Source: Eledone cirrhosa (taxonomy: Eukaryota). Taken from it: DNA of 64,000 nucleotides. The notes beneath the pieces were generated by a model. That model saw only the letters and a program-made list of their open reading frames with translations. It was not told the DNA's origin and ran no database searches. The stretch is from assembly GCA_964016885.1 (NCBI GenBank), contig OZ024743.1, positions 257,672,001 to 257,736,000 of the forward strand, written 5' to 3'. Positions 38,445 to 51,552 of the stretch are shown one piece after another. The first letter of the stretch is position 1. Every line of letters begins with the position of its first letter. The translations under genes were made by a program, and so were the position numbers.

Positions 38445-38920
38445 GAATGGAATATCAACTTCACAACTTACAATTAAGTACAAAATGAAAACACACACAC
38501 ATAGAACACACAACCAACCAGTAACATGTAAATAAACAAATAAATAAACAAATATAAACACACACAGACACCCGGATGTAACCGATGCGCAAATTAAGTA
38601 CACAACAAAAACAAGATGGCGTAGGACAGAACAAAGGAGAGTCACAAATACAAAGAAAATAATCCCTAGTCACTGAAGAGGTCACATAATGTGTGACGAA
38701 AGAACTTTGACAATATATGAACAATCGTCTGGTTGTGGAACCAACCAACTGGAATTTTATAAATTCCTAAATTTATAAATTTAATTTATAATAAATTGAA
38801 GTGAAAGCAACTGGTGCATGTGTTTTTTATTGGCAACATGACCCTCCCAAAGAATAACAATATCGGTTTCAACACACGTTTTCAGATAAAGAATCTTGCT
38901 AAACAAATTCAGAAACGACA
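38445..38920 (+). mobile_element. Penelope-like terminal-repeat remnant
   Basis: Contains a minimal hammerhead then AATAAA; shares sequence with 27325-27782. Confidence 0.55.
38669..38711 (+). ncRNA. Minimal type I hammerhead ribozyme
   Basis: gtca-CTGAAGA-g-GTCACA-taatg-TGTGAC-GAAA-gaa-CTT-tgac: 4-bp stem I, 6-bp stem II, tiny stem III, CUU cleavage triplet. Confidence 0.7.
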
Positions 38921-38938
38921 TATATATATACATACATT

Positions 38939-40030
38939 TGCGCAGAGGGTTCTATAGAAATAGTGGACAGCTTCCGTTACCTGGGTGACAAAATCAGCAG
39001 TGGGGGAGGGTGCTCTGAAAGTACAGTAGCTAGAGTCAGAACTGGATGGAAAAAGTTCAGAGAGCTTATACCACTATTAGCCAGTAAAGGGTTCTCCCTA
39101 AAAATGAAAGGCAGGTTGTATGATGCCTGCATACGAACAGCAATGTTGCATTGCAGTGAGACCTGGGCATTGTGTGCAGAGGATATACGCAGACTAGAGA
39201 GGAATGAAGCTTGCATGCTCCGCTGGATGTGTAATAGTAACATACGTGAACGGCAAAGCATAAGCGAACTAAGGAAAAAATTAGAAATAAGAGGGATCAG
39301 ATGTTGTTTACTCGAGAGAAGGTTACGTTGGTATGGTCATGTGATGTGCATGAAAGACGACAGCTGTATAACAAAGTGCAGGGCAATAAAGATAGACGGT
39401 AGCTACGGAGTAGGCAGACCCAGAAAAACCTGGGACGAGCTGATAAATTCCGACCTCACACACTTACACCTCTCCAAGACAATGTCACTGGACCGAGACC
39501 TTTGGCGGTACTCAGTAATAGAGAAGACCCGCCTTACCTAAATACAAAGTAAAACCTACTACAGTCAGTAGGCATCTCTAACAAAATACACCCCCGTCCC
39601 ACCACAACCCACCCCATCCACGCCGCCCCTTTCAATGTAAAGTTATGTTGGTCCCACAACATCCAGGCCGAAACAAATGAGATCGTGTAGGTGTCACGAC
39701 AAAAAAAACACACATTCCACGCTGTAATGTGGCGGTGAGGCAACATGGTAAAAACCTCCCAGCCCCACACTGTAAATGTGGTTGGTGTTAGGAAGGGCAT
39801 CCAGCTGTAGAAAACCCGCCAGACAGTCCACGCTGTAATGTGGCTGTGTAGGCAACACGGTAAAAACCTCCCAGCCCCACACTGTAAATGTGGTTGGTGT
39901 TAGGAAGAGCATCCAGCTGTAGAAAACCCGCCTGCGAGCAAGACAATCACTCTTGCCTCAAGTGGGAAAACCCCCGTCCAAACCCATGCAAGCGTGGAAC
40001 ACGGACGTTAAACGATGATGATGATGATGA
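38939..40030 (+). mobile_element. RTE family A, 5'-truncated; ORF remnant 38963-39541
   Basis: DSFRYLG...WYGHV...KTRLT*; duplicated 3'UTR module; (GAT)n tail. Confidence 0.94.
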
Positions 40031-40259
40031 TACATATATATATACATATACATACACATATATACATATACATATACATACACATATATACATACACATA
40101 TATACATATATATACATATTCATACACATATATATATACACATACATACATATATATACATACACATATATATACATATACATATATATATATACATACA
40201 TACACATATATACATACATGCATACACATATATATACATACATACACATATATATACAT

Positions 40260-40314
<55 letters not shown>

Positions 40315-40502
40315 CATACACATGTATATACACATATATACATACATATACATATGTACAAATATATACATACATAAACATATGTACACATATATACATA
40401 CATATACATATGTACACATATATACATACATGTACATATGTATATACACATATATACATACATATAACAATGTACATACATATATACATACATATATATA
40501 TA
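40031..40502. repeat. Cryptic TA/CA microsatellite
   Basis: Direct reading. Confidence 0.95.
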
Positions 40503-41173
40503 TGTAAATAAGATAATAATGGAGCTGCGGCGTTGCAAATGGGTTACATATGAAAAAGTTTGTCCTTCATCAGTGGCCTTCCAACCGTCGTAGGCATTTC
40601 ATCGCTTTAAAGGCCATATACCTCAGGTTGGTGCGAGCAACGGCTAAAAAAAGTCGTTGGGACACGTAAATAAAGGGGACACTAGCGTGAACAAACAAAA
40701 TGGTTTAAGCAACAGAAAGTGATGAAGAAAGAAACAAGTCCCAGATTTCTATGAATATAAATTCAGTGAAATTGTGAACAAGAGAATGAAGACCATCAAA
40801 CCTGGTTGAAATGTGAGCAAGGAAGGAATTTCGCACAGGTCTAACGGGGGGAAGGAGGGGTCTGGTCTGCGAATTCGGTAAACATAAGTTCTGTGAAGTC
40901 GCAGACGAGAGAGAGAGAGAAAAAAAATTCATACCGGCTTGGCCAAGAGCGCGCGAGAAAAGAATGCGGACAGGTCAAACGGGAAGAAAGGGGAGGAGGA
41001 GGTAGTGACAGAGAATGAGTGAGTGAAAGGTGAGGAAGAGGCTAACAGAGAGAGAGAGAGACTGCTAGAAAGGGTAAAGATACAAAGAACGAAACAGACG
41101 GGTAGCAGCAGAGGAAAAAATATGTGTAAATATGATAATAATGGAGCTGCGGCGTTGCAAATGGGTTACATAT
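40503..41173 (-). mobile_element. Terminally redundant ~670-bp insert, possibly Penelope-like
   Basis: 49-bp direct repeats at 40503-40551 and 41125-41173; minus-strand cCTGATGAagg at 40567-40573 with a decayed GAAAC box. Confidence 0.45.
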
Positions 41174-41458
41174 TTTTCTTTATATCTTCTTATATATATA
41201 CATATATATATAAGAAGATATAAAGAAAAATATTACTATATACCCTACTGTGAAGCTGAGACATAGAGTGCTCAAGACAGCCATGTGTGAGGTCTGTAGA
41301 TACACAAGTAATATAAACAACTTCATGTTACCTGCCAGTTGATATACAACATGCAATTTAGTAGACTAACATAAAAAGCAAGTAGATATTCCTTGTGTAT
41401 TGGTATTTGTGCTTTATGCTGTAAATATCTGTTATCAAACTATGATATATATATATAT

Positions 41459-41789
41459 ATACGATATTAACAAATGGAAACTATATTTATAAAACCATAT
41501 TTATTTCATTATACATATTTCAAGGACACCAAGTTAAATTATGGTGTGCTTTCATCAGATAAAATATAATATAGATCAGTTTTATAAATAAATATTGACA
41601 TACCCTTAAAGAATGCAACCATTACTGTTGGAAGCTCCCGGATAGTATGTCAATATTTATTTATAAAACTGATCTATATTATATTTTATCTGATGAAAGC
41701 ACACCATAATTTAACTTGGTGTACTCGAAATATATATTATGAAATAAATATGGTTTTATAAATATAGTTTCCATTTGTTAATATCGTAT
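41459..41789. repeat. 145-bp inverted repeat with 41-nt spacer; each arm holds a hammerhead-like core
   Basis: 41459-41603 is the reverse complement of 41645-41789 with a few mismatches. Confidence 0.92.
41686..41740 (+). ncRNA. Hammerhead-like core (mirror copy at 41512-41558, minus strand)
   Basis: CTGATGA-a-agcacacca-taatttaact-tggtgtact-c-GAAA-tatata; stem II 8 of 9 bp; stem I not convincing. Confidence 0.55.
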
Positions 41790-41880
41790 TTTTACTCCAA
41801 ATATTTGTTGAGTGCTTTATATCAGTTATAAAAATATTTGGTTGTTGTATCCTAACAATTTAAATAGAACTTTTACACAC

Positions 41881-41928
<48 letters not shown>

Positions 41929-42390
41929 CTACTCACTAACTAAATGAATTAATACATTATCTGCATGATGTTTGCTTATCTGCTGTATCTCTAGTATATA
42001 CTTGAGATCTTCAGTTATTTCTTTGTGTATATTTTATATCATTTATATGTCACTTTTCGCTTTCTGTTGTATTTCTACACTACAATACATTTCTGTTCTG
42101 TTCCAAATTGCTAAATTGCTATTTTTTTGCCTTTTATTTTTATTTGTTCTTATCTTTTTTGTCAGCATCTGCAAATATTTATATATTTGTTTATTTGTAT
42201 TTGAGATAGAAAAATTATTTACAAACACAAGAAAATACATGCGTTCATAGACATAGATACATACACAGATATGTCAACATAAAAACGATGGGGTGATGCT
42301 GCTAATTCGATTTAGCTCAATGAGTGGCAGTTACTTGCAATACAAGTTTCACCTAGTGTGTGATCACAATTGATATATTTCTCCCTATAT

Positions 42391-42443
<53 letters not shown>

Positions 42444-42640
42444 TATACACATATACATACACAGATATAAACATATATACATATATTCACATATGATGAT
42501 CATCATCATCTTGGTTTAACGTTCATATTCAACGCTTGCATAGGATATATATATACATATTTATACACATATATATATACATAGATACACACATAAATAT
42601 ATATATATACATATAAAAATACACACACATATATATATAT

Positions 42641-44339
42641 ATGAAAATAACAGAAAGAGTTATAGCACAGTTGATTAGGGACCGGGTGAAACTAGATGAG
42701 ATGCAATTTGGGTTTGTACCAGGAAGAGGCACCACTGATGCCCTCTTCCTTGTGAGGCAGTTACAGGAAAATTACCTAGCTAAAAGTAAGCCACTCTACC
42801 TGGCATTCGTCGATCTCAAGAAAGCCTTTGACAGAGTTCCACGTGCTATAATCTGGTGGGCTCTTAGAAAACTAGGAGTAGATGAATGGCTTGTGAAAGC
42901 TGTACAAGCCATATATAGGGGAGCAGTCAGAAAAGTTAGGATTAGCAATGAGTATAGCGAGGAATTTAGCGTACAGGTCGGTGTCCACCATGGCTCTGTT
43001 CTTAGCCCTCTCCTGTTCATTATAGTCCTGCAGGCAATAACGGAAAAGTTTAGGACCGGATGTCCATGGAAACTCCTGTATGCAGATGACCTCGCACTTA
43101 TAGCTGAATCTATGGTAGAACTACAGAAGAAATTCCAAACTTGGAAGCAGGGACTAGAAAGAAAGGGTCTCAAAGTCAACCTGACAAAGACTAAGGTCCT
43201 TGTAAGTAGACTAGAAAACAGAACCCAGATCCCTTCAGGGAAATGGCCTTGCTTAGTATGTAGGAAAGGTGTAGGTAGGAACTCCATTCTCTGCCCCAAA
43301 TGCAAACAATGGGTACACAAGAGATGTAGCAGGATCTCAGGAAGCTTAATTAAGAATGTAGGCCTCACATATAGCAGCTGGGCTGGGACAGCAAGCAGCA
43401 AACAGCCACAGGTAACAAGTACCACCAATCACTGGGAGGGCTCTGTAGAAACAGTAGACAGCTTCTGCTACCTAGGTGACCAAATTAGCAGCGGAGGTGG
43501 GTGTTCAGAAAGTACAATAACTAGGGTAAGAACGGGATGGAAGAACTTTAGGGAGCTACTGCAAAAGGCTTTTCCCTCAAAATAAAAGGCAGACTGTATG
43601 ATGCGTGTATACGAACAGCAATGTTACATGGTAGTGAGACCTGGGCACTGAAGGTGGAAGACTTACGTAGATTAGAAAGAAATGAAGCCTGCATGCTCCG
43701 ATGGATGTGTAATAGTAATATACGCGAACAACAAAGCATAAATGAATTGAAAGAGAGACTGAGCATAAGAGGAATCAAATGCTGTGTGCAGGAAAAGCGG
43801 TTGCGTTGGTATGGACATGTGATGCGTATGAAGGATGACAGCTGCATAAAAAGGTGCAGAGCACTAGAAGTCAATGGAAACCGCGGAGTGGGGAGACCCA
43901 AGAAGACCTGGGATGAGGTGATAAAAGCCGACCTTACCCAATTACACCTCTCAAATGTGATGACACACGACCGTGACCTCTGGCGTCACGCAGTAATACA
44001 GAGTACCCAACCTCCCACGGGTACAAGCCGAAGCTGAAGCATATAGACAATATACCCCACACCCTCCCACTGCAAAGTGGTCGTGGAGGTATTACAACAA
44101 AAAAGCACCCAGACACACTGTAAAGTGGACGTGTAGGTGCCACGGCAAAAAAGCACCCAGCACTCACTGTAAATGAGGTTGGTGTTAAGAAGGGCATCCA
44201 GCTGTAGAAATCAAGCCAGAATCAGTTCCCGTATGAGCAAGACATGGTCAGCCGACCGGACACTTGCCACAACAGGACAACCCGTCTAACCCATGCTAGA
44301 GTGGAAGCACGGACGTAAAACAGTGATGACGATGATGAT
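42641..44339 (+). mobile_element. RTE family B, 5'-truncated (RT, decayed PHD, C-terminus, 3'UTR, tail)
   Basis: QFGF, AFDRV, GSVLSP, YADD, FCYLG; short deletion and frameshift near 43555; (GAT)n tail. Confidence 0.95.
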
Positions 44340-45024
44340 ATATACCAATATATACACACACATAGTGCGCATACATGTGTATATATGTGTGTATACTTTT
44401 TATACACTATATCTTCACTTACACAACAAGTACTTATGTAAGAGCCTAAATCTGAAAATATTAATATTAATGTCCTCATTATTATTATTACTTTTATTAT
44501 TTTTAAAAGCTTCAGTAATTTTATGTTTAATAATTTTACTTTTATTAACACCATTTTCCATATACAGTAGCTGGAAATCATTAATCTAAAAAGAATATTA
44601 ATCTCTTGATTTTTTATAGCAAAAATATGTTTTTCCATAGCAAATATTTGTTGTTCTTGCTCCACATACTGACATAAATAACTTTGCATACATTTTGCCC
44701 ATCTCAAGAGAAAGTCTTCACATACCGCTGTTAAATCTTCCTCTTTTCTAAATGCAATATTTGGTCATAACTTTTTTTAAATGTTTACTTTTGCGTCTAC
44801 AAATTAATTTTTCTCAGTTTCAGAAGATCCCAGTTAGGGGGAAAGCAGAAATTATTAGTTTAAACCTTTAATCTGTACTAATAATAAACATTCACTCTAT
44901 GGATTTATATATGCTTTATATATATATATATACAATCTTTATCAAGTCCTCTTTGAATTTTGGTCTTTGTATTTATTATTACACTTATTGTTATTAGTTG
45001 GCCTTGTGCATAAATCAGAAACCA

Positions 45025-46007
45025 TGGATTGGCCGAATCGGTAGAGCGTCAGACACTATGCTTTGCAGCACAGAGTTATGGCCCTTTACGTTCTGAGTTC
45101 AAATCCCACCGAGGTTAGCTTTGCCTTTCATCTTTACAGGATCGATAAAATAAAGCACCAGTAATGTACTAGGGTCGATTTAATCAACTTTCCCGCCCCC
45201 TTTCAAATTGCTGGTCTTGTGCCTATAGTAGAAACAATTATTATTATTACTAGCAGAAAACCCACCCTCTGGGTGGTTTTCTTCTAGCATGTGTAATGTG
45301 CATATTGATATTATACTCAAGTATATATGCATGTAGATATGCATGTAGATACGATACATCAAATAAAATCGTAATTGACAATATACACAGAAATTGAACA
45401 TTACACTGTCTTATGTGTTACACTGTCTTATGTAATCAGTAACGTAATCCATGATACATTAAAAGAGGACGATATTATATAGAAACTGCAGTGGATTGGA
45501 AATATCGGTAGAGGGTCGGATGCCATGCTTTGAGGCATAGGTTAACTTTGCCTTTCATCCTTACGGGGTCGATAAAATAAAGTACCAGTAATGCACTGGG
45601 TAATTGCTGGCCTTGTGCCAAAAAGTAGAAACAATTATATAGAAACTGCATTAGGAAAAAATTAGTGACGGAAATATATGAATGTTTATTTAAGCGATCG
45701 CTAACCAGAACTGTTAACATTTGAAAATTTTAGAGAAGTGAATTTTAAAATAAGCAACAATATTATTTATATTTATTAAAGAACAACGAAATTTAGTAGA
45801 TAAATTATGTAATATTCATTCATTATTTTGGCAGTATCGGTAGAGGGTCGGACGCCATGCTTTCCAGCATAGTTACGTCCCTTTACGATCTGAGTTCAAA
45901 TCCCGCCGAGGTTGACTTTGCCTTTCATCCTTATGGGGTCGATAAAATAAAGTACCAGTAATGCACTGGGTAATTGCTGGCCTTGTGCCTAAAGTAGAAA
46001 CAATTAT
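45025..46007 (+). mobile_element. Three Meta-type SINEs (45025-45245, 45491-45633, 45828-46007)
   Basis: Match the consensus; the 45491 copy lacks the B-box segment yet has a 17-bp TSD attatatagaaactgca (45474-45490, 45634-45650). Confidence 0.85.
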
Positions 46008-46124
46008 TTATTCAAAGTAATCTAACTTATTTTACAAACGAGATAACAAAATATATTCTTGACGCAGTCCCGCACTTTAGATTGTTATTATTACCATTAT
46101 TACTATATGTATATAAAAAAGGAG

Positions 46125-46463
46125 AAAAGACCCCCTTTGGTCATGGATGAGCATGGGATTTGCACGTAGGAAGTTCCCCTCCAAAACACAAGTCCGGGCA
46201 AGATTATTTGTGGAAGACCAGCAGTCTCCCATGCATACCAGTCTCCCCGCTCCATGCCACTGATGTTGTACAAGGGAAAGCCAAAGGCCGATAGAGCTTG
46301 GCACCAGAGACATCTAAACTCATTTCTACAGTCGAGTGAACTGGAGCCATGAAATAAAGAGTCTTGCTCAAGAACACAATAATGCAAAGCCCGGTCCGAA
46401 AACCAAACTTATAACCTTACGATTGTAAGCCTGACACTCTAGCCACTAAGCCATGTTCCTTCA
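46125..46463 (-). mobile_element. tRNA-CORE SINE with a different 3' tail
   Basis: Head gaaggaacatggcttagtggctag, CORE-like gtgttcttgagcaagactcttta; tail unrelated to RTE-B. Confidence 0.7.
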
Positions 46464-46542
46464 TATGTATATATATATATCATAATTATCCTAATTTTTG
46501 CATCTGCTTTTCCGTGCATGCATTGGTTTATATATATATATA

Positions 46543-46873
46543 TCATCTTCATCATTTCATTTTACGTCCACTTTTCCCTGCTTGCAAGAGTGAGACAGGA
46601 ACTGATTCTGGCTTGATTTCTACAGCTGGATGCCCTTCCTAACACCAACCTCATTTACAGTGAGTGCTGGGTGCTTTTTTTCCGTGGCACCTCCACAACC
46701 ACTTTGCAGTGGAATGATATGGATCCCAGTCCTTTCATCTCATTTCTACAGCTGAGTAAACTGGAGCAATGTGAAATAAAGTGCCTTGCCCAAGGAAACA
46801 ACACATCACTCGGTCTGAGAATTGAACTCACAACCTTTTGATTGCAAGACCAATGCTCTAACCACTAAGCCAT
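46543..46873 (-). mobile_element. tRNA-CORE SINE with RTE-B tail
   Basis: Aligns with 36972-37305. Confidence 0.88.
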
Positions 46874-46911
46874 ATATATATATATATGTATATATATATT
46901 TTTTTTTTTTA

Positions 46912-48262
46912 CTAGCCCACTTAATACTGAGAGGGTCATAGAGGCACAGACCTCAAACACTCCTTCCAGGAGGTTCTGTAAGAAGCATCCATCTCCAACT
47001 GATCCAACAGGATCCCAAAGCAAGACCAGCCAACCTCATGGATGCTATCCAACCATCTTGCTTGGGGGTCTTCCCCTGGGTCACCTGCCAGTTGGTTTTG
47101 CCCATAAAATCTATCCAGTGTTTCTTTCCTGAGACATTCTAACCACATGTCCATAGTATCGGAGCTGTGATCTCTCATTTTGGAGAAGTAGTATCTCTAA
47201 CTGGAGTGACTCTCTGATCTCCAAGATATGCACTCTATCGAGTAACATTACTACAAAGACTTTCAGCAGAACCTCATTTTGACCACTTCTATTTGCAATG
47301 GTATTCTTTCAGTCATTTCATTACCCAAGATTCATAGCCATAAGTAAGTGATGGCATGAATACCGAATTGAAGATAGCAATTTTGGCTTTTATGCCTACC
47401 TTCCTTCCTTCTGATTACTGAATGGTGAAGCTAAAGCATTACTGCACCTGCTCCTGCAATTCTTGCAATTAATTCAACCTCCTACCTTCCATCACTCATG
47501 ACCACGGCCTTGACCTTGTAATAAGAAGCCCTCCTCCACACCTACTATTAAGAACGCGTCTGGGGTTCTCCTTTCTACAGAGAGGTGTATCCTTGCAAGG
47601 TGGAGAAAACACTGAGTTGATCTCCTAAACCCAATCACAACAGCATCTTTGGATATGTAAACAAAGCACATCTGGAAGCAGTGACTAATCTTTCAGAGGC
47701 CTTTGTCACAGGAGCAGTTAAAGAGCTCAAATGTGGCAAGGCCACTGGGGAAGAGGAAATCCAGCCTGAGATGTTAAAAGCCTTAAATAGAGAAGTTAAT
47801 CTGTGGCTGACTGGTGTATCAGGTGGCCTGGATCTCTGGAAAGGCACCTAAACAATGGCAATTGGGAGTAATAATCCCAATTTTCAAAAAGAGAGACAAG
47901 AGTGATTGTTCCAAATACAGATTTATCTTGTTAAGCCTCCCTGGTAAAGTTTCTGCTAAGTGTCTGGGAAAGAGATGCAGGAAGATTGTCGAGTCCAGGC
48001 TGGCTGATGAAAAGTGTGGTTTTCATCCCAGATGCAGCACAGCTGACCAAATATTCATGCTGTTGCAGGTCTTGAAGAAATTGCAAGAGTATTGCCAAGT
48101 GGTATATTTTTGCTTTGTCAGCCTTGAAAAGATATATGACCTAGTTCCTTGGGACCTGCTGTGGAAGGTTCTGCAGGAGTATGGGATCGATGATCAGCTT
48201 CCTGCTGCTCTGTGGCAACTATACAAATACCCAAGTATTTGTGTTCAGATAAATGGTTCAAG
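46912..48262. mobile_element. RTE family C: 3' end on minus (46912-47500) joined to an inverted RT-proximal segment on plus (47558-48262)
   Basis: Plus: QWQLGVIIPIFKK..LLSLPGKV..CGFHPRCSTADQIF..LEKIYDLV; minus: GYESWVM...RFYGQ.. C-terminus and 3'UTR. Confidence 0.85.
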
Positions 48263-48675
48263 AGTATGCTTTGAAATAAGTGGAATCATAATTTTGTGGT
48301 CTGCCAACATGCCAAGCAGTGAGTCACTGAATGTGGTTGCATAAGCCAAGTGTGCATTCCTCAGTTTGCAGGGAAACACATGTGGAATTTTGAATTCAAA
48401 CCTGTGGCTATTTGTGTACAGTTGAATGTATTATATGCAAAAAGGTGCCGCTTGAATGTCTTCAAAACTAATGGAGACAGAAGAGAGAAGAAAGAATCAT
48501 CTCACAAATTCCATGTAAACCAATTACATAAATCTTGTACTGTGTGCAAAAAATTTGCAAATTTTGTAACTGTGCGTATGTGTACACTTGTGTGTATAAA
48601 CATTTACAGGCATTAAACATCAAAAGCATGGGTTTAAGCACTCATCATTGGCTGTGAATATATATATATATCAGT

Positions 48676-50510
48676 ATCATCATCGTTTAACGTCTATCTT
48701 CCACGCTAGCATGGATTTAGACGGGAATTGTCCCACTTGAGGCAAGATTGGTTGTCTTGCTTGTATAGGACTGTCTGGCAGGTTTTCTATGGTTGGATAC
48801 CCTTCCTAACAGCAACCACATTTACAGTGCGGACTGGGAGGTTTTTACCATGTTACCTACATGGCCACATTACAGCGTGGACTGTGTTTTTTTGTTGTGA
48901 CACCTACACGACCTCATTTATTTAGGACTGGATGTTGTGGTACCAACATAACTTTACAGAGAAAAGGGTGGTGTTGATGGAGGTGGGAGGAGGGATAGTG
49001 GGATGGGGGTGTATTTTTGGTTAAGAGGTGCCTACTGACTGTAGGTTTCGCTTTGTACATAGGCATGGTGGGTCTTCTGTATTACTGCATAGCGCCAAAG
49101 ATCTCGGTCCAGTGACATTGTCTTGGAGAGGTGTAAGTGTGTGAGGTCAGAATTTATCAAATCGTCCCAGGTTTTTCTGGGCCTACCTACTCAGTAGCTT
49201 CCATCAATTTTGATTGTCCAGCAATTTTTTATACAGCTGTCGTCTTTCATGCGCATCACGTGACCATGCCAACGTAGTTTTCTCTCGAGTAAACAGCATC
49301 TGATCCCTCTTATTCCTAATTTCTCACTTAGTTCATTTATGCTTTACCATTCACGTATATTACTATTACATATCCAACGGAGCATGCAAGCTTTGTTCTT
49401 CTCTAGTCTGCGCAGATCCTCTGCCCGCAATGCCCATGTCTCACTGCCATGTAACATTGCTGTTCATATGCAGGCATCATACAGTCTACCTTTCAGTTTT
49501 AGAGAGAAACCTTTAGCAGTATAAGCTTTCTGAATTTTTTCCATTCCATTCTGACTCTGGCTACTGTACTTTCAGAGCACACTCCACCACTGCTGATTTT
49601 GTCACTCAGGTAACGGAAAGTGTCTCGTCTTGACTATGAGGTCACTAACTATGAGGCTATGTTAGGAGGTGCATTCTTCACGGGGGAGGGATTTAGTGCT
49701 TACAACAGACACTTTGTCACGTCTTCTGGTAAGGATATAATCTATCTGACTGGCGTGTTCCCCTGATCTATAGGTGATCAAGTGATTGTCTCATTTTTTA
49801 AAGTTTGTGTTACAGATAGTTAGGTTATTAGCATCACAGAATTCTAGGATTCTGAAGCCTTCCTCATTTCTAGTACCAAACCCATAGCCTCCATGGATTC
49901 CATCATAGCCGTCACAATGTTGTCCAACTTGACCATTTAGGTCGCCAGCAATAATTATGTAGTCACTGTCAGTTATTTGGGAGGTAGTGCGCATTAAGAA
50001 CTCATAGAATCTGTCTTTTATAACACCAGGCATTCCAGATTGGGGTGAGTAAGCGGATATTATTGTCACAGTAGTTCTATTTAGGACAAGTCTTATTTTA
50101 ATTATTCTGTCGTTCACTCTATTTACGTCAATTATCTTATCTACCCATTTTTCTGCTAACATAATTCCTACTCCACCAAGCCCATTTTCATTTCCCACCC
50201 AGGAAAGTTTATAGTATCGTTTTGTACCCACAATGAATCTAGCAGACCCACCCCTCCACCTAGTCTCTTGAACACAACAAACATCAACTTCCTTATGTTC
50301 AAGCATCTCTACAACCTCGTTAGAGTGACCTTTTAAAGTGCCTACATTCATGGTACCAACTCTGAAGTTTTGGATTTTGTTTGGTGGGTGGAAGGGATGG
50401 GTTAGAGGCACAGGGAGGGGTGAGGGAAACGGGGTTATGTTAGCAATCCACGTCTGAAATAAAGAGGGTTCCTTGCATTCTCGTCCGGTAACATGACGTG
50501 AATTCATCTT
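48676..50510 (-). mobile_element. RTE family A-related copy with both ends and a ~1.7-kb internal deletion
   Basis: Endonuclease ORF 50528-49791 and its continuation joins FRYL near 49620, skipping the RT core; 3'UTR and tail at 48676-49060. Confidence 0.92.
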
Positions 50511-50529
50511 TATCATTGACATTGTCATT

Positions 50530-51280
50530 GAGTGTCCAGCTTCTTCAGACTCTCTAGAATTCTATAGTCCATCTAGCATATTGAAAGGCAACCGGGTCTA
50601 AACTTAAGGAGTGATAGCCAAGGTGGTGGTTTTGTGAAAGAGATTGGTAAGAGAAACATATAATAAGCTGCTGAATTATGATTGGACCATATAATAATGG
50701 TGGTGAGTACGGGTGGGGGGGGGGGGGGGGGGGAAAGTTAACGAGAAGGTTATTTTTATAATCTAAACCTACAAATTTGACCATAATTTAAACGAATGTA
50801 TAACAGTAATCAGTGTTTAAATACGAGAAGGTTATTAAATGAACGTATAACAGTAATCAGAGTTTAAATACTAGAAGATTGTTTTTGAGGGTCTGACAGA
50901 ATTATCGAATAAAATTGAAAAGATTGGAGTCTAAGTTAAACGAACCATATAATACTGAATAGGTAAATGGACCAGAAAAACATGCAGAGACAAGAAAATG
51001 GAGTGAAATACATTACATTTCGCAAAACGACCCTTCGGCAAGGATGAGGATCCGAAGAATTCTGAAATTTGTGACCACCGACAGGTTCATTTTATATTTG
51101 TGGGAAGAGAGAGAGGGAGGGGGTAAGAGGACATGTCAGCATATAAACAATATATTAGGGAGACAGAGAAGAGGAGAAGGAAGAATGTTCACGAAAGAAG
51201 TTAACGAGAAGGTTATTTTTATAATCTAAACCTACAAATTCGACCATAATTTAAACAAAGTTTATTAAACGAACGTATAT
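50530..51280. mobile_element. Terminally redundant insert, possibly Penelope-like
   Basis: 59-bp direct repeats at 50735-50793 and 51198-51256; half hammerhead CTGAAGAagctgg on the minus strand at about 50535-50548. Confidence 0.35.
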
Positions 51281-51552
51281 ATATATGTATGTATGTATAT
51301 GTATATGTATGTATATGTATATATATATATGTATATATATATGTATATATATATGTATATGTATATATATATATGTATATGTATGTATATGTATATAGAT
51401 GTATATATATATGTATATATATATGTATATATATATGTATATATATATATATGTATATATATGTATAAATATATATATATGTATATATATATATTTATAT
51501 TTATATGTATGTATATATGTATATGTGTGTATATATGTATATATATATATAA
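51276..51552. repeat. (TA)/(TATG) microsatellite
   Basis: Direct reading. Confidence 0.95.

Noticed and set aside
44222-44830. 161-aa minus-strand ORF or possible host exon with a GCG|GTATGT donor
   Set aside because: All three frames after the plausible acceptor hit stops, the ORF runs into an RTE tail, and no domain is recognisable.
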